DNA of 32,000 nt from Pyrodictium delaneyi (GTDB taxonomy: Archaea; Thermoproteota; Thermoprotei_A; Sulfolobales; Pyrodictiaceae): NCBI RefSeq assembly GCF_001412615.1, contig NZ_CP013011.1, forward strand, positions 1 through 32,000, written 5' to 3'. Position 1 is the first letter of the stretch, and the number at the start of each line of letters is the position of its first letter. Made by a program: the position numbers and the translations under genes. Below, piece after piece: positions 6,742 to 14,743 of the stretch. Under the pieces are notes generated by a model. The model was given only the letters and a program-made list of their open reading frames with translations, did not search any database and was not told where the DNA came from.

Positions 6742-7082
6742 TCCCCGTGTCTGCCCCAGGGCCCACGGGCGACTATGGCTTTGCAGTCAAGGAGCTACTA
6801 GAGTATCTGCGGAATAAGGGCCAGATCTGGAGCGCTGCCCAGCTCGCTAGCATCCTGGCGATAGACCACTATGTGCGGAGCCGCTACAGGGTAGACCTTG
6901 GTCTGCAGAAGCTCGTCGACGACTGGGTAAGACATAGCGTCATAGAGGCTGCCAGGTTCGAGACCGTTGCGCAGCGTAACGCCAGCGTCGTAGCCAAGCT
7001 CGCTGCCCAGGTGAACTACGTAGAGGAGCAAGGTACACGGACGCGTGTGCTCCCCCTGGGTAGGAGAAGGAAGGAACAGTAG
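6738..7082 (+). CDS. Hypothetical protein, 114 aa, possibly wHTH-like (GTG start overlapping the upstream stop)
   Basis: GTGA overlap with the upstream ORF. Composition is protein-like (AVKELLEYLRNKGQIWSAAQLASILAI). Confidence 0.5.
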   Translation: MIPVSAPGPTGDYGFAVKELLEYLRNKGQIWSAAQLASILAIDHYVRSRYRVDLGLQKLVDDWVRHSVIEAARFETVAQRNASVVAKLAAQVNYVEEQGTRTRVLPLGRRRKEQ

Positions 7083-7097
7083 TATATGGTGTAAGCC

Positions 7098-7730
7098 TTG
7101 CAGGCCGCCGCAGCGGAGACCGCAGCGCTCGAGATACGCAGTGCCAGGCTGCGCTGGGTACGCCCTCTCCACCAGATCAACATAGTCGGGGTAATGGGCG
7201 CGGGCAAGACAACACTGCTCATGAAGCTCTGGGCTCTCTTCAAGCGCAATCACAGGCCCGCGACAAGCATCTACTTCCAGTTCGAGCGAGACCTGCTGGA
7301 CGAGTTCTGGGAAGCAGTGAAGAGCATAGAGACTCCCTACGCCTACGTGGCTATAGACGATATTAGCTTCGCCCTGAGCCGCGGGGATAGGGAATTCCTC
7401 CACAGCCTAACCAAGATACGCCATCTCAACCGCAGGGTGAAGAAGTGGGTAGTAGCCACTGCCATGCACTACGGCAAGGCTACTCTCCCATTCCTGCGAC
7501 AGAGCCACACCAAGGTGCTGCTGAGCCTAGTAGAGCCAGAGGAGATCGAGAGCCTACGCTGGAGCTTTACGGTGCAGGCTCTCTGGGACTACTACTACGT
7601 CTATGTCAGCGATCCACTAGGCCACTGGGCGCTCTTCAACTGGCTCGGCCAGATCTTCATAACACGGATACACAAGCCGCGCCGCGTACGATGCTGGGAC
7701 ATAGTTGTTAATGGGCCCGAGTGCGTCTAG
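7098..7730 (+). CDS. P-loop NTPase, 210 aa (TTG start)
   Basis: Walker A is GVMGAGKTTL and Walker B-like is YVAIDDISF. It lies immediately upstream of the integrase-N fragment. Confidence 0.75.
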   Translation: MQAAAAETAALEIRSARLRWVRPLHQINIVGVMGAGKTTLLMKLWALFKRNHRPATSIYFQFERDLLDEFWEAVKSIETPYAYVAIDDISFALSRGDREFLHSLTKIRHLNRRVKKWVVATAMHYGKATLPFLRQSHTKVLLSLVEPEEIESLRWSFTVQALWDYYYVYVSDPLGHWALFNWLGQIFITRIHKPRRVRCWDIVVNGPECV

Positions 7731-7922
7731 GTGGTGTTCATGCTCATAGAGGAGTATCTGATACGCATGCTTGAAGAGGATAGGGAGCTGCGGGAGCTGG
7801 CTAGGCAGCTGCCAGCGGATAGGCTGCGCGTGGCAGTGGAGCGGGCGCTTGCCTCTGCCAGGCAGGCAGCCTACACGGAGTTCAAGAGGAGCCTCAGAGC
7901 CATGCTGCTGCAATCCTGCTAG
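7731..7922 (+). CDS. Small helical hypothetical protein, 63 aa (GTG start abutting the ATPase stop)
   Basis: The TAGGTG junction with the ATPase gene suggests coupling. Composition is helical and charged. Confidence 0.4.
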   Translation: MVFMLIEEYLIRMLEEDRELRELARQLPADRLRVAVERALASARQAAYTEFKRSLRAMLLQSC

Positions 7923-8036
7923 TGTTGCAGTCGAGCTTCTTCCCCGTTGTTGCAGCAGAGCAATTCCGCCACGTAGCCTGACAGGTCTCTGATGAGGAGT
8001 TGGAGTATTCCTGAGCAGTGCGGGGTGGACTGAAAC

Positions 8037-8345
8037 ATGGTGCTGCAACCCATGTACGTGTATATCCGCAGCGTGCGCCGCGGTAAACGCGTCCACCGCT
8101 ACCTTGTGGTCGAAGAGTACCTAGGATCTGGTAGGCGCCGCACTCTTCTCCGCCTGCCAGCAGAAGAGGCAGGCAAACTACTCCTAGAGCTGGCAAGGAG
8201 AGGCATCTACAGCCAAGCAGAGTTAGAGAGGGTGTGGTGCGGGGGGTGGGATTTGAACCCACGCAGGCCTACGCCAGCGGGTCCTCAGCCCGCCCCCTTT
8301 GACCTGGCTCGGGCACCCCCGCACCCAGGTTGCTGGGCCGTGTAG
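8037..8345 (+). pseudogene. N-terminal fragment of a split SSV-type tyrosine integrase, Int(N), reading through attR/tRNA-Leu
   Basis: MYVYIRSVRRGKRVHRYLVVEEYLGSGRRR...LPAEEAGKLL resembles the basic beta-hairpin-like N-terminus of SSV1-type integrases. From about codon 67 the ORF is simply the antisense translation of the tRNA gene (GGWDLNPRRP from GGGATTTGAACCC). This is expected when attP lies inside the int gene. Confidence 0.55.
8235..8322 (-). tRNA. tRNA-Leu (anticodon GAG), class II, CCA encoded
   Basis: Folded by hand. Acceptor GCGGGGG/CCCCCGC. Anticodon stem GCGGG/CCCGC with loop CUGAGGA. Long variable arm. T-arm GUGGG-UUCAAAU-CCCAC. Discriminator A plus CCA. Confidence 0.9.
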
Positions 8346-8384
8346 AGAGCTGGGATAGAGAGGAGGGTTTTTGAAGCTTAACGG

Positions 8385-8501
8385 TGGCGCCGGGGGCGGG
8401 ATTTGAACCCGCGCGCCCCTCCACGGGGCAGTGGGTCTCCCGACCCCTGGAGCCGGAAAAGGTCTCGAGCCCACCGCCTTGGACCGCTCGGCCACCCCGG
8501 C
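8385..8501 (-). tRNA. tRNA-Ser (anticodon CGA) with an intron of about 27 nt at the canonical 37/38 position (about 8437-8463), CCA encoded
   Basis: Acceptor GCCGGGG/CCCCGGC. D-arm GCCG-AGCGGUCCAA-GGC. Anticodon stem GUGGG/CCCAC with CUCGAG, the intron, then A. Long variable arm UGCCCCGUGGAGGGGCGC. T-arm GCGGG-UUCAAAU-CCCGC. Confidence 0.85.
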
Positions 8502-8575
8502 ACCCATGAGCCGTATTCTAGAGATACCTAGTTAGGGGGCTTTTACCCCTTGCTTACATCTATGTGCTGTTATAG

Positions 8576-9493
8576 CTATACCGGCACATAGATTGGGTTA
8601 CTGTCTGTTGCTACGTCATTATAGCTGTCTAGTATACTGCGTATTGGCTTTGGCAGCGTGAACATCCATTGATGTGTTACACCGTCATAGAAGCGGAGTT
8701 CTCCCCTGATGCGCTCCTTTATCAGTTTGTCCACTGCGTCAGGGCTGAGATTAGACGGGTCTATGCTATTCGACGCCGCAACGAACCCCCATACACCGTT
8801 ATAGCTTCTGACATACGTTATGTATGGCCTTGTTATATTGAACACAGAGGCTATGGTGTTTCTGATGGTGGCGTAGACCCGTGGCGTTAATATAGGAGAC
8901 GAAGCTTGTGTCACCATAGCGCCTCCCGGCTTGAGTACCCTAGATACGAGCCTATAGAATTCTAGTGTATATAGCAGTGCTGCTGGCCCACCCTCCATGG
9001 GGTCGACAAGGTCTAGAATCACAATATCAAACTCCATATCGGTTGTGCTAAGGAATTTCCTTCCATCATCTAGAACTAGCTTTAGCTTTTCATTATCAAA
9101 AGCTCCCTGGTGCCATTCAGGTAGGTACTTCTTTGCCAGCTCTATTAGCTCGGCATCTATGTCTACCATTACCACTTGCTCGACACACTTGTGTTTAAGC
9201 ACCTCACGCGCTGTAGCACCTTCACCACCACCAATTATCAGAACATCCTTCGGGCATTCATGCGCAATCATTATTGGGTGTACAAGCGCTTCATGATACC
9301 AATGCTCATCAAACAAACTGCTCTGAACCTTCCCATCTAGCACCAGAGACTTACCTATTCCAGCTAGCTCGCCGATAAGGTACTCCTGGAACTTAGTCGC
9401 ACCAGCAGCATATACTTTCTCGACACTCCTAATGCACGCTTCGCCCTCGGTAATCCACTCAGCAACTATTCTCCATGGGAGTTTTTGCCCCAA
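8576..9493 (-). CDS. speE: Spermidine synthase / polyamine aminopropyltransferase, 305 aa (TTG start)
   Basis: LVLDGKVQSSLFDEHWYHEALVHP, VLIIGGGEGATAREVLKH and VMVDID are the SpeE family signatures. Confidence 0.9.
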   Translation of the reverse strand: MGQKLPWRIVAEWITEGEACIRSVEKVYAAGATKFQEYLIGELAGIGKSLVLDGKVQSSLFDEHWYHEALVHPIMIAHECPKDVLIIGGGEGATAREVLKHKCVEQVVMVDIDAELIELAKKYLPEWHQGAFDNEKLKLVLDDGRKFLSTTDMEFDIVILDLVDPMEGGPAALLYTLEFYRLVSRVLKPGGAMVTQASSPILTPRVYATIRNTIASVFNITRPYITYVRSYNGVWGFVAASNSIDPSNLSPDAVDKLIKERIRGELRFYDGVTHQWMFTLPKPIRSILDSYNDVATDSNPIYVPV

Positions 9494-9798
9494 GATCCTA
9501 TACCCCCTACCCAGAGCTTGCCGGAGTTCTCGTAACGGCTAGCGCCTCCTCTCCGGGAAACCCAAGTGACGGCAGCGGCGCTAGAGGGGGAGTATAAACA
9601 CGGTGCAGGATGAGTAGCTTTCTGGAGCAGTGTTACACTCTATAGTTACTTCGGTAATACAACACACTCCATGAACAGAAACAGAATGGACAAATGAACG
9701 CCACGTATCTCTAAAATCTGGTGACTTGCAACAGAAAAGCAGACTCGAATAGGACTACCATGCTAGTTTTGGTGTCGCAATTCGGAGAACTTGAGGAG

Positions 9799-9876
9799 TG
9801 GTGGGCCCGCGGGGATTTGAACCCCGGACCTCCGCCGTGTAAGGGCGGCGTCCTAACCAGGCTAGACGACGGGCCC
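9799..9876 (-). tRNA. tRNA-Val (anticodon UAC), CCA encoded
   Basis: Acceptor GGGCCCG/CGGGCCC. Anticodon stem CCGCC/GGCGG with loop CUUACAC. T-arm CGGGG-UUCAAAU-CCCCG. Discriminator A plus CCA. Confidence 0.9.
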
Positions 9877-10075
9877 ACCCGCGGGCCTCCACCATCAAAC
9901 TCATGGGGAGGGGTCGGGGTTATTAAGCTCTACGTTTAGTAGGCTGCCCCTACTAGCGTTACATATGGATAAGTATTACTTATAGAGGCCTTCTCTAAGT
10001 TTACTAGCTTTATCCAGAGACCTAGGCGGGAGTAATTAAGTATGGATGACCCCACTCCGACTTTTAGGCCAGTAA

Positions 10076-10148
10076 GGGGGATGACGAGGTTCGCTAGGGG
10101 CGAGCACTATTTTGGCGATGAGCAAGTATGGCGGAGGCTGACCTCCCC
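10076..10148 (+). ncRNA. Candidate C/D-box sRNA
   Basis: C-like box AUGACGA (10081-87), 12-nt spacer, GCGA (D'-like), C'-like GCGAUGA (10115-21) and D box CUGA (10138-41). A 5-bp terminal stem pairs GGGGG with CCUCC. The second spacer is 16 nt rather than 12. Confidence 0.3.
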
Positions 10149-10193
10149 GGTTACACTGCTAACGTTTGGTACGTTTGGTCATGGCTACTAAGC

Positions 10194-11729
10194 CTAGCCT
10201 AGGCTTCCTCTTATTACTCCGGCACGCGCTATAGCTTGCTCGGCTGCCTCCTTTATGCCGAGCTTTATTGCGCGCTCGGCGCTTCGGAGCGTCTCTATGT
10301 ACTCCTCCTGGGGCTCTGGCGCGTTACCACCAATGAAGTCCCTAGTTATCGCTATGTCCTCCTTTAGTAGTTGTAGAGCCTTCTCGTCCTTAATGTAGCT
10401 CATTACTACTTCTGGGACATAGAACCTTATGTCGTATTCCGCGTCGCGCCTCAGGAGCGGTAGTACTTTTAGCAGATACTCTACAGCCTCGCTGCCTAGC
10501 TCTTTCTCTATTCTCTTGAGGCCTCTGCCTAGCCCGATTAGCGATGGTGGTATACCCATCGTGTAGAGACTGGCCGCATAGGATATTGCCCGAGGGAGTT
10601 TAAGGTCTCTAGGCGGCTTCATGGATAGGAGTTCCTTCTCCGCTGCGAACGCCAGGCTCTTGTCAATGCTGCGAGGGTATTCTCCATGCGAGAGTCTCGC
10701 TCTTCTTCGAGGTACAAAGGACGCCACATGAGGTATTAACTCGATTATACGCAACACGAACCTAAGGTATTCTGCCGTGAATAGCTTAGCTATGTTTATC
10801 AGCAGCTTTTCCTCATCCGCGCTCAGTATACGCGGTCTCTCATGTAGATTGTCTAGAAGTACATTCACAACCTTCTCGACTGCACGAGGACCTTGGTCAT
10901 ACCTTATGCCAGACTGTATTGTCGCAGTAGAGTATCCTCTATATTGCTTCACGAATATGTCAACGCTCCATGGGGACAAATGACCACGGAATGGCAGCGC
11001 GCCTACACCCATTATCGGGTGAACTCTAGTGTTCTCGTCCTCGGCCCACTTGTAGAGCCGCGAGAGAGCATAGACCAGCGCTATACTCGAAGCAGGATGC
11101 CCATAGGCTAAGGCCGTATCTGACTTGCCTAGGAGAACCCTATAGTGGCTATAGTGTAGCCCTAGGTGCGTAAGGAGCGCATTCTTCATACCTTCAAGGA
11201 TCTTATCTACATGGAGTAGCGACTCCATATCTTCGACGAGGGGTATAACCTCTATATAGCCTGTCTTTACACCTAGCTCTTCCTCCGCAAGACGTTGCAT
11301 CTTAAGGATTCTCCTCTGCAACACATAGACCTCATACCCGCTAGAACACATTGGAGTTATAATGTATCTTACTGCTGGCGAGCCGGCTTTGACGATAGAC
11401 TTCTTATTAGCTACTAACACGCCCCAAAGCACCATAATCTGGCGTTCCGGCTCCTCTAGCCTCTCCGAAGGTATGCGTGGTGTCAGTAGGAAGTCCTCAC
11501 CAGGCTGTAGACCATGCCGCAGGGTCTCCTCTACAACCCAGGCTACCTGATGGTACGGTGTGAGCTTACCCTCATAATCTATCATTTTTTCGTCAAGGCC
11601 CAAGCCACCACGACTGCGGGGGAGTAGATCGCGTAGAGCTTCCTCTACCTCCTCCTCTACACTGAACCCCCGACTAGCCGAATCCGGATGCTGAGTAGCC
11701 ATCGCCAGAGGTACTGGATACCCTAGCAC
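10194..11729 (-). CDS. ppcA: Archaeal-type phosphoenolpyruvate carboxylase, 511 aa
   Basis: The N-terminal VPLAMATQHPDSA motif and a length of about 510 aa are characteristic of the archaeal-type PEPC family. Confidence 0.85.
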   Translation of the reverse strand: MLGYPVPLAMATQHPDSASRGFSVEEEVEEALRDLLPRSRGGLGLDEKMIDYEGKLTPYHQVAWVVEETLRHGLQPGEDFLLTPRIPSERLEEPERQIMVLWGVLVANKKSIVKAGSPAVRYIITPMCSSGYEVYVLQRRILKMQRLAEEELGVKTGYIEVIPLVEDMESLLHVDKILEGMKNALLTHLGLHYSHYRVLLGKSDTALAYGHPASSIALVYALSRLYKWAEDENTRVHPIMGVGALPFRGHLSPWSVDIFVKQYRGYSTATIQSGIRYDQGPRAVEKVVNVLLDNLHERPRILSADEEKLLINIAKLFTAEYLRFVLRIIELIPHVASFVPRRRARLSHGEYPRSIDKSLAFAAEKELLSMKPPRDLKLPRAISYAASLYTMGIPPSLIGLGRGLKRIEKELGSEAVEYLLKVLPLLRRDAEYDIRFYVPEVVMSYIKDEKALQLLKEDIAITRDFIGGNAPEPQEEYIETLRSAERAIKLGIKEAAEQAIARAGVIRGSLG

Positions 11730-11855
11730 CGTCGTCTACCCCTAGCCGCCGCATAGCGGCAGAGAACTCACATATAAGCTACTCTCTCAGCGGCTAGAGG
11801 CCCGAGGCATGGAGCTGGGCTATCTCAACCACATAGTGTTCGGGGGTCTCGCGCT

Positions 11856-12803
11856 TTGGCCGGTAGCGTGCGGGTTAGGGCATATTCGAGTAGTGCTAAC
11901 CTAGGCCCTGGCTTCGACGTTCTAGCAGTAGCACATACAGCCTATTACGATGAAGTGGAAGTAAGGCTTGAGCCGGGTACAGGCCAAGTAGTTGTGGAGT
12001 CCGTCTACGGTCCTTATGCGTCCCAAGCAGGAAGAGCTGACACTGCGAGAAGGGCTGTAGAAGAGCTGCTAAAGATAACCGGAACAGACGTGAGCAACCA
12101 CGACATAGTTCTTCGCGTCTATAAAGGAGTCCCTCCTGGTAGAGGCCTTGGCAGCAGCGGTGCCTCAGCCGCTGCCGCTGTTAAGGCCGTCGAATTATTG
12201 CTCGACCTCAATGTATCAGATAGTATACTCGTAAAGGCAGCCGGCCGAGGCGAAGCTGCTGCTGCTGGTTCACCTCACTACGATAATGTTGCTGCAAGCC
12301 TACTCGGTGGCCTAACCATAGTCTCTTTCGATAAGGACGGGCAACTCTATGTATCCCGCATAGAGGTTGATGCTTGGTTTGCATTATTTGTACCAAAAAT
12401 AGAGATAGGTTCGTCAAAAACAAAACTTATGAGGGAGATTCTGCCCCGCCAAGTCAGCCTTGACATAGCAGCCAGAAACTGGGGTAGATTGGCCATGTTA
12501 ATCGCAGCTGCCATGAGGGGCGACCTCAGATTAATGGGTCACATGATGATGCAAGACGAAATCGTAGAACCAATTAGATCTAGATATATTCCATGCTATG
12601 ATACTGTCGTAGAAGCTGCATTGGAGGCTGGAGCTCTAGGAGTAACCATTAGCGGAGCAGGCCCAGCGCTAATAGCACTAGCTTCGTCGCGCGAGGACGC
12701 GACAAGGATAGCCGAAGCAATGACGAGGAGCTGCAAGTGCTGCGAGATAGAGGATGTAAAAATAGCCCAGACAGCCGGGCCAGCAACAAAGGTAAAGTGG
12801 TGA
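11856..12803 (+). CDS. thrB: Homoserine kinase, 315 aa (TTG 11856 or GTG 11868 start)
   Basis: SSANLGPGFDVLA and the GHMP-kinase motif PPGRGLGSSGASAAA. Confidence 0.9.
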   Translation: MAGSVRVRAYSSSANLGPGFDVLAVAHTAYYDEVEVRLEPGTGQVVVESVYGPYASQAGRADTARRAVEELLKITGTDVSNHDIVLRVYKGVPPGRGLGSSGASAAAAVKAVELLLDLNVSDSILVKAAGRGEAAAAGSPHYDNVAASLLGGLTIVSFDKDGQLYVSRIEVDAWFALFVPKIEIGSSKTKLMREILPRQVSLDIAARNWGRLAMLIAAAMRGDLRLMGHMMMQDEIVEPIRSRYIPCYDTVVEAALEAGALGVTISGAGPALIALASSREDATRIAEAMTRSCKCCEIEDVKIAQTAGPATKVKW

Positions 12804-12809
12804 CACATC

Positions 12810-13970
12810 ATGACGCGTTATAATGCTACGGGAGCGATTCACTCGTTAAGAAAGCCGATAGAGGCAAACGACATAATAGCTCCAATAAGTATCTCTGCTA
12901 TATATAGATTCATAGAAGTGACTACGCCTCCTGTAGAGGAAATAAAGTATAGCCGTGAAAACAATCCTACAGTACTGCGGCTAGAAGAGGCCCTTGCCGC
13001 TGCTGAATCAGCTAAATGGTGTTTAGCATTTAACACTGGCATGTCCGCCATATCGGCATTAATGCTCAATGCATTACCCAACACCAAAAGGATCGTAGCA
13101 AGCCGGCTACTATACGGCTCTACTCGCACCCTACTAGAGAAAATTACAAGCCTTCGTGGAGACATAGAATTAGAGTATGCTGGACCGCCCTGGGATGAAC
13201 TACTCTCAGCCATAAAGGGTTCAGACCTAGTATTCATAGAGACTGTTGGTAATCCTACTCTCCGTATACCACCCATAGACGAGATAATCAAGATATGCGG
13301 CCAAGAAGGCTGCACAGTTGTAGTGGACAACACTTTTGCTACACCTGTCATATATAGGCCGGTCGAAGCTGGCGCCGACATAGTAGTTGAGAGTATGACC
13401 AAGTACATAGGTGGCCACAACGACGTACTGGGCGGGCTGCTTTGTAGCAACCATATCAAGCTAAAGGAGAGTATATGGGAATGGAGAAAGCTCACAGGAA
13501 CTATAATACAACCCCTCGATGCATATCTTGTAGCAAGAGGACTAAAGACACTACACCTTAGGGTGAAGTACTCCTCTGAAGCTGCCATGGAAATAGCCAA
13601 ATGGCTAGCAGATAGGCCAGAAGTAGTCAAAGTACATTACCCAGGGCTTCCAGACCACCCAGACCATAGCATAGCTAGCAAGTTGTTCGACGGACTATAT
13701 GGTGGCGTAGTCTCGTTCGAGATAAAGGGCGGTGCTGTGGCTGCCAAGAAATTCCTTAATGCACTAAAGACTATAGTACCCGCACCAAGCCTAGGCGGTA
13801 CAGAGAGTATAGCCACATATCCTTACGAGAGCAGTCACAGGAATCTTAGCGAGGAGGAGAAACGTAAACTCGAGATAACACCAGGGCTCATAAGGCTAAG
13901 TGTGGGTCTCGAGAACGTTGAAGACTTAATAGCTGACATAGAAAATGCATTAAAAACATCGCAAAGCTAA
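12810..13970 (+). CDS. Cys/Met-metabolism PLP-dependent enzyme (cystathionine gamma-synthase/beta-lyase or O-acylhomoserine sulfhydrylase family), 386 aa
   Basis: VVESMTKYIGGHNDVLGG contains the PLP-lysine motif S-x-T-K-Y-x-x-G-H. The gene is adjacent to thrB. Confidence 0.85.
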   Translation: MTRYNATGAIHSLRKPIEANDIIAPISISAIYRFIEVTTPPVEEIKYSRENNPTVLRLEEALAAAESAKWCLAFNTGMSAISALMLNALPNTKRIVASRLLYGSTRTLLEKITSLRGDIELEYAGPPWDELLSAIKGSDLVFIETVGNPTLRIPPIDEIIKICGQEGCTVVVDNTFATPVIYRPVEAGADIVVESMTKYIGGHNDVLGGLLCSNHIKLKESIWEWRKLTGTIIQPLDAYLVARGLKTLHLRVKYSSEAAMEIAKWLADRPEVVKVHYPGLPDHPDHSIASKLFDGLYGGVVSFEIKGGAVAAKKFLNALKTIVPAPSLGGTESIATYPYESSHRNLSEEEKRKLEITPGLIRLSVGLENVEDLIADIENALKTSQS

Positions 13971-14009
13971 GATACTAAACTCTACTCCATTAACACATTA
14001 AGTTAATTC

Positions 14010-14567
14010 TTATTCTACATACTCCCTAAGTATCTTCACTGCTTCGTCGAATAGCTGCGGAGACTCTAGCCCCCGGAGGCCCTCAAGTTTTTCTGCAAGA
14101 CTAGCATCTCTCAATACTGTTCTCACCCATGCCGTTAGATACCCATTCTTAATCACATAGGAGAGTTCTTCGGGACTAACAATCCTATATACAACTATTG
14201 CCGCTAGCTGTTTCGTACTGAATACTCTTAGAGGAACAACCTGGCCCTGGACTACGAAGTAGAATGGCTCAACCATCTCCCGAGTAGGTTTGGCTTCAAC
14301 ATCTTCTCTAGGCTGTTGCCTTTCCTCTTCTATTTTCTCCGTTTCCGTGAAAAGAGCCAAGCCCTTATCGGTTATCTTTACTTTGTTCCCTATTTTTGTG
14401 ACCAGACCGAGTTTTTCCAGTTCCGAGGCATACTTCCTAACCGTAGATGTCTTTATGCCCACGAGCGCTGCGAGTTCACTTACATCGCTCTCCTTTTTAT
14501 CTGCAAGAATTTCGAGTATCTTCCTCTTCGTGGATGTGAGTTCTTTAAAAGACATGTTGATCTGCAC
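14010..14567 (-). CDS. Transcription regulator, N-terminal wHTH plus an uncharacterised C-terminal domain, 185 aa
   Basis: KRKILEILADKKESDVSELAALVGIKTSTVRKYASELEKLGLVTKIGNKVKITDKG. A palindromic TATA, CCTTATAAGG, lies about 40 nt upstream. Confidence 0.7.
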   Translation of the reverse strand: MQINMSFKELTSTKRKILEILADKKESDVSELAALVGIKTSTVRKYASELEKLGLVTKIGNKVKITDKGLALFTETEKIEEERQQPREDVEAKPTREMVEPFYFVVQGQVVPLRVFSTKQLAAIVVYRIVSPEELSYVIKNGYLTAWVRTVLRDASLAEKLEGLRGLESPQLFDEAVKILREYVE

Positions 14568-14743
14568 CCCGCGGGGCTCTGTAGAGGCTATCTACATAAT
14601 CAACTCCTTATAAGGTAATACCATCATGAATGTTTGAGAAAGCAAGTACCCTCTGCCCCAGGCCGCCATAACCCCCATTTTAGACGTGAGCAGCGACAAG
14701 CGTAACAGTAACCACTCTTAAAGGAACTCTACAAGGGGAAGCA

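Larger units (their letters stand above)
1..8234. mobile_element. Right-hand portion of an integrated virus-like element (spindle-virus/fusellovirus-like provirus); left boundary lies outside the window
   Basis: Dense short ORFs with overlapping stop/start codons. None resembles a housekeeping gene. RHH/wHTH regulators, capsid-like small hydrophobic paralogs, a large glycoprotein and a P-loop ATPase are present. The element ends in an integrase-N-like ORF that reads into the 3' end of tRNA-Leu at 8235. Confidence 0.65.

Noticed and set aside
6798-7403. 201-aa minus-strand ORF, and 7016..7249
   Set aside because: They are antisense to the tightly coupled plus-strand genes (114-aa protein, P-loop ATPase with clear Walker motifs). 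Their composition is not protein-like.
8008-8027. GTGCGGGGTGGACTGAAAC resembles the 3' end of tRNA-Leu (GTGCGGGGGGTGGGATTTGAAC); considered as a degenerate att copy
   Set aside because: The match is short and gapped. The GGGGTGG run is positioned as the Shine-Dalgarno of the Int(N) ORF starting at 8037.
7617-8507. Minus-strand ORFs 7617..8096, 7894..8262 and 8223..8507; also 9721..9939 on the plus strand
   Set aside because: They run antisense to provirus genes or straight across tRNA genes. The peptide sequences are simply translations of tRNA stems.
9539-11797. 8-bp inverted repeats in host intergenic regions (CTAGCGCC/GGCGCTAG at 9539-9584 in the speE leader; CTAGCCGC/GCGGCTAG at 11742-11797 around the ppcA/thrB TATA)
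   Set aside because: They are short enough to arise by chance and have no repetition elsewhere in the window. They are noted but not called as regulatory features.
12839-13630. 263-aa minus-strand ORF
   Set aside because: It is antisense to the PLP-dependent Met/Cys enzyme gene, which has clear family motifs.
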